Shown piece after piece: positions 28,201 to 41,600 of a stretch of 64,000 bases of DNA. The DNA is taken from NCBI GenBank assembly GCA_976226885.1, contig OZ320317.1, positions 41,602,001 through 41,666,000 of the forward strand. Reading direction: 5' to 3'. Position numbers and translations under genes: made by a program. Within the stretch, counting starts at the first letter, position 1, and every line of letters begins with the position of its first letter. The notes below the pieces were generated by a model, which saw only the letters and a list, made by a program, of their open reading frames with translations, had not been told where the DNA came from and ran no database searches. This DNA comes from Iphione sp. A-MEVVRFRX5. Lineage: Eukaryota.

Positions 28201-28500
28201 CAACACTCTTTATTTTTCCTATAAAGTATGAGTCAGTAGCCTACAGTTTTCTGAAAAAAAACTTGGAGTCGGAAAATGTGAGTCGGCTGTATGTGGTTCT
28301 CTACTTGATTGCGAATAGCTAGAATGCATGTATGCCTTATGCGCGTGTGGATGTGTAGATGACTATTATATAATTGTCTTCCAGAGTGTTGATAACGGCT
28401 TTACTTTGTTCGCTTTTTCTGCCCAACCTGGCGAGAGTGGTTTTTGCTTCATGGAAATGATGGAAATGAGAGCCAATGAGTGTGTGAAAGAGAACGCAAT

Positions 28501-28567
28501 GAAGAGAGAGGAAGGGAGAGATAGAAAGAGAGAGGGAGAGACAGACAGAGAGAGAGAAGGAGAGAGG
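28501..28567. repeat. Imperfect (GA)n-rich microsatellite
   Basis: gaagagagaggaagggagagatagaaagagagagggagagacagacagagagagagaaggagagagg read directly. Confidence 0.85.
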
Positions 28568-31500
28568 CCGACCGCCTTTTCTCTGTCATGCTCGTGACCC
28601 TGGGATCAAACGTGGCGGCTACGGGATCAAAGGGTACCGCCAGCGTCTCCTTACCAACCAGATGGCCTTCGCTAAATATTTAAGTACCTTCCTTCTCACC
28701 ACACCTAACAGCACGGCAGGTTCAGACGCCATCCCTCTCATCGAGGCTGAGCGTACGCCCGCCCATGTCGATGATTACATACACCAGCCTCACCTCCCCC
28801 TACACTGCCTCCCCACCTCCCTCCGTCATCTTCCCTCTCAGTCTCTGTTCTCCAGCAACCCAACCAGAATAGCACATTATCTTATCCCACCTTCGTTTCT
28901 CCTTCCGTTGCATTTCTTTTATCGCTTCTCTGAAGCCCATAGCTTCTTTCTTTCATGTCTTTAGAAGGTAAGAGTTAATGAAGACGTCAAGCTTGGCTTT
29001 TGAATTTCGTGCACCAGTCCATACAAGCTGGCTAGGGCGAATACCCAGGCCATAATTTGACGTACAAAAAAGCAGAGAATCTGAATATAAGGGCTGTCCG
29101 GCGAAAAAAAAATATACTGATCGGTTTAAACATTAAACGCTAGTTGATATGGGAAAGCCACACCACGTATCAAGTTGCACTAAAAGTTGACTTGTCCGTC
29201 TTTTGTCCTCAGCTTATACGAAATTCTTCAATGCTTAAGTAATGTCTAAACACACAGTGTGTTTTAATACGCTTTCCCATTCCGTAATGTGTTCACCTAG
29301 CCATATCAACTGTCAAACGTGCAGGGATTGGTAGTGAGAACTCAACTACCTTACCCCTTGATCACCTTCAAGCTAAACATTTAGTTAGCTTTGCAACTGA
29401 CAGCTAGGTCAGAGACACGCCCTCTATCACAATACACTTTACTCACTTCACCTTTGCACTAGCACCCTCTCTCTATTGACCATCTGTCCCCTCCAGTTGT
29501 TCCATTTGCCTTCGTTCTTCTGCACTTAAACATGCCGCAAAATACGTTCCCACCAGTGAGATGTCCAGACAGAGATTGAAGTTTTAACCCTTCTTCAAGT
29601 TTCTATATAGTCTCCTATACTTCCTGTTTGTGGCGCTCCCCCTTACATTTTCTTATCCCTGCCTCCTTCTCTACTTTACTTCGTTCAGCGCATCCATCCC
29701 TTCCTCTATATATTGTATATAGAGGTATATTGTAACTACAGCACCTTCCTCTTTCCTATCATGACACTGTCCTGCCTCTCGGCCCCACTCATGACCATCT
29801 TCCATACTCCGACAGATGCATGACCCACGTCTTGTGATTGTTAAGCGCTTCATCAGTTGATAATTACCCGAATGCAACCACTCTTCGAGGCCAGAGAGAG
29901 ATGAAGACCTCAATTCTCTGTGTCCACCCCTCCTACTACTTTCGTCTTCCCCCTACCCAGTCACTATCAGTAGGGGTGACTCAATTTCAGATAAGTGACT
30001 GGGCGGTGACCGGTGTGCACGACTGATGGAAGGGTGGGCAGAGGAGTATAATTTACCTAATGGAGTTGTACGGGAAAGGGCGTGGCCACCGCCGTCATGG
30101 GCAAAGGTGGAGGGTTTCTGGGAGCTGTCTATAGATGTATGGTCAACACATGGCTTAAATGTTGGAGTGGTGCATGTTGAGTTCGTTTGTATTTGATATG
30201 TATAACCGTGTCCGGTGATGTTGAATGAAAGTAAGCTTCTGTTGATTGATGTTTGGTGTTGTTAGAAGTGGTTTGGTGTTGTATATGAGTGCTTTAAGCG
30301 GTACCTGGTAGGGAGAGGGAGTTGCGAAGCCAGAGGGCAGCGGGGGAACGAAGGGAATTCATTGGCTACAGGTGGGGTATTGGTTTAACATAGGATCCCC
30401 GCACCTCTACGTGTGTCACGCACTCATCACTCTTTGTTGTCGGGCTGATGGTTGCAGCACATCTATCCCCTCCCCCTCTCCTTTAAATCCTCCCCAGTTC
30501 ACTTTTTAAAAACCTTCTGCTCTCTCCATTAACACACGTAAATCATTTACCCTCTTTCTTTCTTGTAGCATCAACCCACCAAATCTCCAGCTATATACCA
30601 GTATTAACAACGTCTCCTTCCCTGGCATGGTGACATCTGTCTTTGTATTCTTATTTCCTATCCTCAACTCGTTTTCCCCATTTATCTGTCTCTTCTACTC
30701 CCTATATCTCTGTATTTTCTCTATTTTATGTATTGGTTCCAGGATCAATAAATTGGCTTTATCTTCCCCAGCCTTTCCCCCATCCTCCCCTTTTCCGCTC
30801 ATTGTTCTTTTCCTTACAACTCTTTGTTTATGTGATGCGGCTTTACTTGATTGAGCTTTGTTTTTAAAGTGTAATTCACAATACTACTGGGTAATTTGAC
30901 CTGATTCATTTTGCATAATGGGTTGGCTGGACAGCCTGTGTTTATCCCTCCCCTTGCAGGTTGTTCTTTCATCCTCCATTACTGTTTTAAGAAAAGCTAA
31001 AAAAATCGATTGTGACTCATTATCAAGCTACCTAGATTCCTGGCAGTTGTTCTTTCATGTACCATTATATTGTTGGTGTGATTCGTGCATAGAGCAACCT
31101 GTAGCCATTACTAGCTGAACCGGGATAGGACTGGAGGAGACATTCCCCCCAAGCCTGTTCCCTCACCCTCTCCTGGGTACAGTCCATTTACACCGACTCC
31201 TATCACCACCACCACCCACATCCATCCCCACTGCACCAAACACGAACTCTCCTGTCAGAGGAGTCGTTAAAAATCGCTCTCTAGACACCACCGGAAGTGC
31301 TCTGGCTTTTAACCGTCATGCCATGCGCGGGGTCTCGTGTGCCCCTCTCATTTCCGGGTCAGCGGCCACCATTACTTGCTGGTCAGAGCCCCCTAACTGC
31401 CTGTGAGGGAAGTGACCTACCTCTTCCCCCCACCTTTCATTCCCCTCTGACCCTCCTAACCACTTACCAGAAGCAAGGATCGACCCGACTCCCCCACGCA

Positions 31501-31976
31501 GGGTGGGTCGACAGTGTGATTACATTCTTTTGGAAATGTAGGATGCATTTCGTGTCACAATATGCATGTTTGTAATCTAAACCAAAGAAATTGAACAGTA
31601 CTTTAAAGCAGAGGCTTTGAAAAACTAAATACATAACTACAATGTGCAACCCAGTCTGACATCTCAATCAAAATGAATTTATAGATCATAATGTGGGCCT
31701 TATTTCATCAAACTCTGTCCTAGGAATTAAAAAAAACTGACCTTGTTTGGATTTTTTGCTGATCCGGGTGTAAGAAATCTTTCTATGTCTATGAAGATGC
31801 ATCAAAAGGGAGATTCAAGAAGGTCTCAATGCATGCCTAATCCCCCGATATGCGGCATTTTTTGGTTAACTATAGGTGAATCGAGATGGGTTTGGCCCAT
31901 ATGAATGTGGAGGGTACAACTGGTCTTTATTGGACAATAACACCACCACTATCAGAGGGCGGCACCTATTCCACCT

Positions 31977-32041
31977 ATCACGTGATATGGCCCTGTCACG
32001 TGACCTCTTGCAGTAGTCACGTGCGGCTATTAACATCAAAG
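31977..32041. promoter_or_regulatory. E-box (TCACGTG) triplet plus TCF-like site
   Basis: ATCACGTGAT at 31977-31986, GTCACGTGAC at 31995-32004, GTCACGTG at 32016-32023, ACATCAAAG at 32033-32041. Confidence 0.35.
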
Positions 32042-35000
32042 GCAATTGTGGGCCAGTGTCATTTCCTCGCCGTTCCATAAGTCTTTGCTTTTAGATTCTG
32101 TATTTTTCTCGGGTTCTGTGTGTATCCATGGGACTGCCCATCACTGTATATCACTTCATTCCTTTCTCCCCAATAGCTGAGGGGGGATCTCTGATTGGTA
32201 TCATTTATATCACTGTAGTCGACTGGACAGATCCATTTGATTTCATCTCCTTTTCCTTTGTGTCTGTTCCTTTATTCTCCTTTGCCGCAGTTTGCCTTTT
32301 GTCTCTTTTTGTATCTCTTACGTACGTCACTAACATGTTAGCCTGACACGGAAGTCTGCAATGACTATAGACTCTCTCAGTACTCACTTTCTCCTCTCAC
32401 TTGGTATTTAATTCTCTTCGATCCCTTCTATCTTCAGTCTTCATCAATGTTTCATCTTTCGTTTTACCTTTATTTTCTCTTGATACGTCATTGTGTATCT
32501 CTTCCTTCACAAATAAGTCAGCCTCTGACACTGACTTCCTGCATGTTCATTGCTCCCCAGATTGACCACGTTAGCCGAGTTTATGTCCTCATGCAATCAG
32601 CTTGCTCACTTTTCTCACTTGTGTCTCCTACGCCCTCTAGGCGTTGGAGACCCCTGACTCCGTTCGAGCGCGAACACTGCTGTCTATACACATTCTCTTG
32701 TGCGACTCAGATACTAGGCCCACATGCACGCACAAAGCATTCAAGAGCATCTAATGCAAATATTGAGCCATGAATTGGAAATCTGAAGTATTAATTTCAT
32801 ACATGACCAAAGAGATGCTGTAATAGAAAGATACCTATACTTTCTAATGGTTTTGAACTGCCAGCATCGATGACTGCTAATGCTGCTGCGTTATATACAT
32901 TCCCTGACATTCATACAGTGAGAGACTCAAAGCCCCATTTGTGGCATATACATTGGTTTCATGTAATATGTACGAACTACCGATCCCATGCCTTCTTTAC
33001 GTTTCTCGTCATAATCCCGCCTCTGTCAGCAATGGAAAATATATATTGAACCTTTTCGAGTTCAAAATCAAGGTTCGTTAGAACATTGTCAGTATTCTAT
33101 CCATATTCCTAAATGTTTATGGGTGAGGATCAATGCGTCTGTTTATGATGTATCATAAGTAGAATAAATGGCACGAAATGCACTTCCCAACCGAGCGATG
33201 CGAATATGCATCGACAGACACCATAGACACAGACGCACATTTGTGAAAGAGATAAAAACGCCTGCTTGTCCATTTACGGGAGTGAGTTTAGTAGTCCTTA
33301 TGGGTCTGAATTTCTTTTCATTGTTTGTCTTTGCCATGTAAAATAGATTAAAATCAAACAAACCTTCAGTCAGAGACATACAACCAAAGCCAGGTTGTCC
33401 CTGCATTTCAAGCCCATTTACAGTAACCATATTAGCACTCCTCGGGCTTTCCTAACTACAGGCGGCGGGCTGTGGAGAGCTACCACTGTTAGCATGCCTC
33501 AAGTGTCCCACTGTCCGCCGTTCGTCCCTGATTGCCTTTCCCTTCTTAAATTGTTTACGTCTTTTTGGCAAGAATTGCCGGTGGCCGGGAGAATGGCTAC
33601 TCTCGAAGATAGCGGATTTAATAGTACCTACCGGGGCTTTGTCAGAAGTAATCAGGAGACAAACCTGGACTAGATACCGTAAAGGAATCACCATGATAAG
33701 TATTCGCTACACTACTCACTATTTGGGCTGTTTCAATGGATACAACGAGTGACAGGCGGGGAATTCCCCTGTACCGTCAATATAAGGTGGTCTATAGTCA
33801 TGATAGTTTTAAGATGTCATCATCCCTAACACCATTTCCTGTACATGTATCCCATCAAAGCGTCTGCTACAGTGACATCAATCACCAGGGAAATCTGCCA
33901 AATATTTGACTAATGTTACTATAAATAATGGTGTCAAAAGGTTTGGGATTTGGAATAACGTTATTGGTAGTGTTCAGTCTCTAAAGCTTGTATTGCTTTG
34001 ACTTCTTTGTACAAGCCTTCATGCTAATCACACGCTTATATTCGTTACCATCCTTCGGTAATTAAGCGCCGCTCTGATGTAAGGGACATGTCTTAAGTTA
34101 AAAAAACCTGCTAGAAGGGACTTTCTAACGGTATTGTTGCGGCCTTAGTTTCCTTTGTCGCTCTGTACACTTGTCATCTTTTGTTCGATGGGGACCTTTG
34201 GGTCTAATTAATTGCTAACTTTTAGATCTTAATGGAAAACGTTTGTCACATTCACAGACGTTTTGCAGTTGTTAAAGAGTTAGGTGTCGCATTTAGTCTC
34301 TGGTTAGCATTTTTTTGCATCACAGACAGACAGATTAGATTTCCATTCCAAACAGGGAAATCTATTTGCGAGCTGCGGCATTTGAGAGTATACGTGTATA
34401 CAGATCCGTATGTGTAGTGGACGGTTCAGCCGGCCTTGACGAGCCAGTCACTTTCACTGTTATATGCAACAGACGTACATGTATTTCTTGCCAAGGTGTC
34501 TCCAACACATGATCTAGACTGCTGTAGGTAGTTAGCATGTACTTTAGTTTCTGAAGAAACACATAGTTAAGGAACACATATTTGTATTTGTAATGCAATA
34601 ACTATACGTACACGTATATGCATTCTTTGTTATGTGTGTGCTATTTTCACATACACACAAAAGTCATCTTGTTGTTTTCTACCGTGCGCGTTTCATTCAT
34701 GTACTGAGTGTGTGCATGCAGTTTTCTGTATAATTGTGCATGTATGTGTAATGTGTATAGAAGTGTCCGGGTGTCTGTTTCCATGTGTTGCAGAGAAGGC
34801 TTAACCATGCAGAAGAAATGGGTGTTGAGGGATTTTATCGTGGCCCCAAAACATCTACTCACTCTCCGAAAGCCTGGCGGAATGGGTCTAAAATCCGTTA
34901 CAACGGCAGCCGTTGTAAATCAACCCAGCCGTCGTAACTCACCCACCGCTCGCTAGGGGGCGGTACGGGGAATCAGATCAGATTAAAAATGGTCGAAAAG

Positions 35001-35345
35001 AAGCAGAAGGCCGCCTCGCGCCACCTTCCCACTTTTGTTGGTTCCCCTTTCCCGAAAAAGTAAATAAAATAAGGACAGATAACCGTCAGAAATGGACGGG
35101 GCGGTTGATTTATTATGATTTGGGTTGGAAAAAAATATTAAATGTCTGTCCAATGTTCAAGTAAATTTCTTCTGACTCGCCACACAGCACTGGGATGGGA
35201 GCTCAAACAGAAATTTGACTATTTCATTTTCTTTTAATTTCATGATGCCTCCTATGAATATAAGTCATGCTATGACAGTAGGTAAAACAAACTGTTACAA
35301 ACCTATTCTGTTGTCCTGGTTTGATGGTTGCCTTTAAAATGTACG

Positions 35346-35600
35346 TACAGATTTGGATATACAAATTCCTATCGGTGGAGCGACATTTATGAAATATGTA
35401 TTCATACTTATTAGACTGAACCTATGGAAAATCAATGGACAAGGTATATTTGAATGTACACTCACAGCGCTACATGTAGCATCGACTATAATGCTTAAGT
35501 TGAAAGTACTCACATCGTAAAAGAAAATTGGTTGTACCTCATAATCCATACTTCAACTCCAGCCATAGGCGACATCTAACAGGTACATACCAAATCTGTA
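35346..35600. mobile_element. TA-flanked MITE (Tc1/mariner-type non-autonomous element, about 250 bp)
   Basis: TA|cagatttgg ... ccaaatctg|TA perfect 9-bp termini, with further inverted similarity (cctatcggtggag versus the reverse complement of ctccagccatagg). Confidence 0.6.
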
Positions 35601-38600
35601 TTCATCTACTCTTCTGTGACAAGTGATTGTGAAGACGAGGTCAATCCTTAGAGTATTATACTATAGATTTATTTATATATGTATAGAGTGTGCAGCAGGG
35701 AATGAAGATCTTGAGGGTATGGATATGATATGTACAGATGCGTGGAGACTGTCCTATACACACTTCTAATAATCCAGCGCCTGATGGAGTGAATTCATTG
35801 AAAGCCTTTGTACACCCCCCCCCCCTTCATCTACCGGCCGAGCCACAGCGGGACTACGACGGTTCAAAGCATCTGAGTTAACAAGCACTGTTGGTTGACG
35901 TCGGGAAAATACAAGGGCTGTGAATGAATTCGTGCTATCGCGTGGTCGTTAAATGTCGCCGGGGAATGGGGGGCAGGCATTGTATAGCTTTGCTGGGTAA
36001 ATACATGCAGGTGCCAAATGGTCTGCCGAGCAAAAACAGTCCGGACAAGCCACGGTCTTTATGTTAGGTGGGCAATGACGTCATCTTTGAAGAAATATAC
36101 AATGTATTTTACAGGTTTTTGCTGCATATTATAAGGGAATCCGAACATAATGAGCAAGCCGAAATTCTATGAAATTATTTATGCAGCTTGGATTTATAAT
36201 TTAGTTGTACGCCACAAATAATGTGTGCAAACGTATGTATGAGAATTTTGCAGATGACGAGAGGCCATAGTACATGATATAATTACCCTGCATGAAACAT
36301 GTGACCTCAGACCTTGAATAAGTCAAACGATAAAACCGCACACGGCAATTGAAACTGATTTCAAGTAGTCAACTACCGGAAGGAAGAATGACAGATAACA
36401 AAGAAAAGCACACAGGAACCAAGAGTGACGGTGTCCCTTTTGATATATTGATTTTGCTTCTAGTCTTATCACTGAGTAATAACAATAAATATATTTTGTT
36501 TTTTTAAATCTCACGTTCAATGAAAAAAACACCTGCCTGCCGTCAGCTGGAATTCAATCCTTGACAAGAGTGACAGGTGAACCGCTTATAGCCGGGCCTT
36601 TTTCTTTCCAATTAAGAGCGATGTGCTGGTTTTCTTTGTTTTTTAATTCCTTCCTTTTTTTCCCGATTTAATTTCGTTCCCCGTGCCAGGCGCAAGCTCT
36701 GTCAGAATCTGAAAAGCCCGGTCTGCTCGGCTAAGTCTCTCAGTCAAAACAAAAAAGGCAGATGCTTCAGGTTTTCAAAGAAATACTGCGTATGGTATTG
36801 ACTTTTATTACTCCACTCGGCCTCAATATAGCAGCCCGTCCGTCAAGGAGCTCTGCCATTGATAAGGACTTAAGTGTACGGCCCGATCTATGGGTGCTTG
36901 AGGCTGCTAAGTCTAATGGAAATACCACGCTTGTGACTTCGTTTGTGACTGTGGCGAGGGGTTTGTGACTCTCCCTAAGGTTCTGTGACTCTCCTCTAGG
37001 CTGCTGTTGCTGCGGCCGCTGGTGAATGACTCTGGCACGAGTTCTGTAAATCTCTTCGTGGCTCCGTTTATGTGGGTTTACCCCATGTTGAATATTCTAC
37101 CGCTTTCTCTTGAACTGGTTTGTATTTTGGGACAGGTAGCATTGTATGCCTACATATACAGTACATGTCTGTAAACATTTACTGGTAAAGGTCTACCCTT
37201 ACTTTTTCTTTGTACCTTTGTCAGCACGGACAGGTGCACATGCGAACTCTATTCATTACCATTTATCAAGTCTATCCAGTTTGTGGTTGTTACCAGCAGT
37301 ATTCGGCTCAGGTTCCTGGCCATGCACAGAATGCGTCATGTAAGGGGAAGGCTGAAACCTTACCAACGCTGTTGTTACATCAGGCGAACAAGGCATTGAC
37401 AGGAGGTTCCGTGCTGTTGAATCAGTAGTGCGGCTCTCTCTCCCCTGCTCTCTGTTCCTATTTTGTATAACACTGTTCACATATTCTTTGATATGTCAGG
37501 ATTGCTTCTTCGTATTCTCTGTCTCTCATTTCCGTTTATGGACTCCATAGAGAGTCCTTAGGTAGTGAACGGGTCAGGAGTCTTCCATCTCTATTCTAAA
37601 GGTCCATGTACACCGGTCTTGATAAAGTTCCATCTACCTATCACCCTGTCTGTCTCTCTGTCCCCTCCCCAACCACAGTCGTGCCTCTATTTTCCATAGA
37701 AGGAGCAGAGGACTCGCCGTCAGACGTGATGGAAAGCCCACTGGCTCCCTCTACGGAGAGGGAATGCCGCCCTCTTTGTGTACAGCGCCCCTAGTGGTTA
37801 TCTATCGGAAAAGCATGTGGTACGGAGGTGATATGTAGTAGATTTTTGCAAACAAGGTATTCAATGGAGGGGTTTGACCAGAATATGTGAGCGGGGTAGT
37901 ATTCCACCGCCGGGGACTCAAATCGTATTCTGTACGGTAGAAGGTGCATTTTTTGGAGGGGCGGCAGGGGAGTGTTGGTATGGGAGCATAAAGCTGTTAT
38001 ACAATGGCGATGACCTTTGCATTTAGTGAGGGTTTCGTTGGTCTGGGGTAGGATTGAGGATTGGCCTATGCTTTGGGTTGGCGATGAAAAAGGGTCCCCT
38101 AGTGCAAAACTGTCTAATATAGCAATGTTGTAATGAGACACCGAGACACGCAGTGCACCTGATCTTGTATTCCCAAGGGTTACAAATTCGAAGGGTCCAA
38201 TGCAAAGTGTATTTTGTAAGGTTTACACAGCTGTAAATAGTACAATACGTGATGCCTGAATGCCACTCCAATGTCTTCCACGTACTGAAAGGATGATGCA
38301 TAGTCAATAAGTGCGAAAGGAATTTCGTCATATCGAAATTAAATCAAACATTACCAGTCTTCTATAGGAGTTAATGTAGCCTAGCGTCAGCAGGTGATTA
38401 GATAATTTAATTGTGTATTCTGATATTGCAAATATAGTCAAGAGTTACTTTTTAGTCGCCATTTGTGAGCTTGGCAATCAGCCTGTCAGCAGCCAGATTC
38501 TCCCATTACGTGACACACAGCATCAGCGCTCTGTCAGGTGCTGAATTTAGAAACATTGACATGACATGGGTTGAAATCGTTACATAGACGTTTACTGGGT

Positions 38601-41600
38601 AGGACATGTCAACAGTGAAAATGATTAATCTGGACTTTTTCACCATTTGTAAAATTAACTGATTACATGCAATTCCAACGGGACACTGAAAGGGTATCCC
38701 TTTCACCCCACAACCATGTGGCAATTTGGACGTGATTTATATTGTATGCACAATATTGGGATTTACCCCCAAAAGCACCTTTTTAATTTATACTCTTTAC
38801 AGCCATGTTGTTGTTACTAAGATCTGGTCATTCAGCAAAAGAAAATTTCGGTTATTTAGTAGAATAGAAAGCATACGACTACGCAATACACACCTGCATA
38901 TTTATGTAAGAAAAATACACTACATATAAATCCCACCAAAGTCACAGAGAATCTATGGCTGACTCGTAACATATGCACGATGTTTATACTATATATTACA
39001 CACTACACATCATACACGCAACCATACATCCTGAACCTTCTCCAAAAGCCAGCGAATGCTCTAAGACAGCAACCGACACACATAACGCCGCCATGCAAGT
39101 TGCATGATGACCGGCCTGGCTTACGGAGTGGATACGGGGAGAGGGTCCCCGGGGTTTGAACGGACACTTGACAGAGTGAGGACGGGTCGGGGGCCGCCAC
39201 CCAGCCCCAAGGGCCCAGCACCTCCTGCAGACGGGCGGGAGTTAGGTTCGAGACGGGGTGGGGGCGTGGGGCTGGAGAAATGAGAGGTACGAGTGAAGGT
39301 TGTGGATGGACGAGGAAGGATTGGAGGAGAAGAAGGAGACAGCGAAGGCACACGGGTATGGCTAGAGGGAATGTAGTGAGGAAGGAGGGGGTAGGGTGAA
39401 GAGGGAACGAATCGAGTGAGCTATAAGGGTGGAGGCCCCTAGCGACATGACCAGAATCAATCATGATGGCTGATGTGTGCTGTGTGTCCATAGATATGTG
39501 CATCTGCTCTCGCTGCAGGTGCATCTGTCCGTTCTTACAAGTGAGGTCGAATGGAGGTTTCTACTTTGCGGAAACCCTTGGTTTACTTGGTGGAGGTGAT
39601 CTAACTGGCCAATAACGTAAACAGCCGGCTCCTAACCTCTAAAATGTATGATTTGATCAGGGGAGAAAGGTAAGGTTTGCAAGAGATGGATGGGAAACAT
39701 CAGGTATAAGCAGAAGCAATAGATATGAGAAGCAGAGAAGGGAAGCATGGAAATATAGGGTGCAGATAGAGTGGCATGGATGGAAATTAGTAAAACAGTT
39801 AAAAGAGTCAACATGATTAAGACAGATATAGAATGAAGAGGTAAAGGGAAAGGAGATGTGTACACCTCACGGCCGGAGGACATCCAGAGAGGAAATGGCT
39901 AATTGCCAGGAAAAGTGAGACATTAAAACCAGAAAGGCTGTGAACGACAATGCGGTGAGAGGTGAGACCAGTCACCAGTCACAGAACCTGAACCCAAGTC
40001 GACCTCACCCTGCCGACCTCACCGATTCATCATCACCCCCTTCCCACCCCGACTCCTTGCCTCTCCCATCCTGGTCTGAGGGAGGCAGACGGGCAGACAG
40101 GGCGTCAATGTTTGATCATACGAGCCTATAAATCCCACCCACCAAACACATACATAATGGACAAACCGTTCAGCCAGAGCTACGAACTATCGCCAACTGA
40201 GAGGCAAACCTCCACCAATAGACGTAGCCGCCCTCAACCAATAAAGATACGTTTTTATCATTCAGCCACTTTATTCCCCACCACCAGAAAATCTCATATA
40301 CTGAAACACTTTTTCACCCCAATCTCGTGTAGTCTGCGACAGCTGCTGTCAATATTTACAAAGTTCTTTCTTTTTGTTATGTCAGTTCCAACTTTCACTG
40401 TTGTCATGGGAGTCAATATGAATGGTTGACAGTACTAGAGGTCGTGACAGGGTTATTGTCTCCAACGTCCTCACAGGCTCCGTTTTACTGTCACTTAGCG
40501 GCCGAGTTCGACAGGGTTGAGCACATGTCCAAGATTGAGAGATAGTACCGGTCAAGACTGGAGATTCATATCTGGATACTGTTTGGAAGATGTAGTGTTT
40601 TGGTCGGGGAAAACGGAAGAGAAGAAAATGAAGGCGAGAATATGCAGACAAGTTTTAAAAAGGAAAACTGGAATTGACCAGAAGCATACAGGATTAAAGC
40701 AGAAGGACGAACAAAATCCACTTCATGTAAAACGGTGGTATCATCCCATCTAGAGCTTTTTCTCTTGCCCACTTTCGTGTTCTCCAGTTCATCCTTAATA
40801 GGCCTAACTAAAATGTGAATTTCTCTATATCTCTCTCTCACTCTCCTCTCTCTCAGGATATTCGCCTAATTTTCAACTTCGTTACTACTCCCCATACTCC
40901 CATTTGTGATCTTCATTCCATTCCTGTACTCTGTTCTTACCTATCCATTCTCATTACGTTTGGTTCACTGCATCCCTAGCAAATTTGGAGAGTTGAAACA
41001 ACGTTTGCTGGACTCTTGGGGCAAAATGAGGCAGAACACAGTGTTCCATGATGGAGAAAACTGTACTGTGGATGTTGTTCTTCCCTCCCTTTGCAGGTGT
41101 AGTGTATAGTTTCACACTTTCTCCCAAGAACCTTTTTTGGGTAGTATAGAGAAGAACGATGTGAAGCGACAATGAAATGTGGGACATTTTTAGGAGAGTA
41201 TTCGCTCTCATTGTTAGGGCAAGTGCTCTTAAGTCTCAGTCTTACTTTGAGCATCTTTCCTCCATTCTTCCCCTTTCTCACCCTCCACCCTCAGTGCAGG
41301 TCGACCAATGATGACCTCTCTCTGATGGATCGAGCCGCCATGTTTGCCACCCACCGGTTCCGTTTATTTTTTGCGACATTCCATCGAGCGTCACCAACCG
41401 TACTTCTCGTAAATCAAACTGGTCAAACACCCATGCAACCGACCTGCTCCCCAGGGTGAGAGAGGATGGGTGGGTGGCGGGAGAGGAAGCAAGCAGACAA
41501 CGATGGGTGAAGTGTGATGAAACTATATGGCATGGATAACCTCTGATTCCTTTTCTCTGCCTTGCCTGTCTCTCAAGCGTGCTGTTGCTTTTACCTCATC

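Noticed and set aside
20741-34237. Shared 16-mer ttagatcttaatggaa at 20741 and 34222
   Set aside because: About one such AT-rich match is expected by chance in 64 kb, and it does not extend.
39003-39524. 173-aa minus-strand ORF
   Set aside because: Proline-rich read-through of a G/A-rich tract with no recognisable domain.
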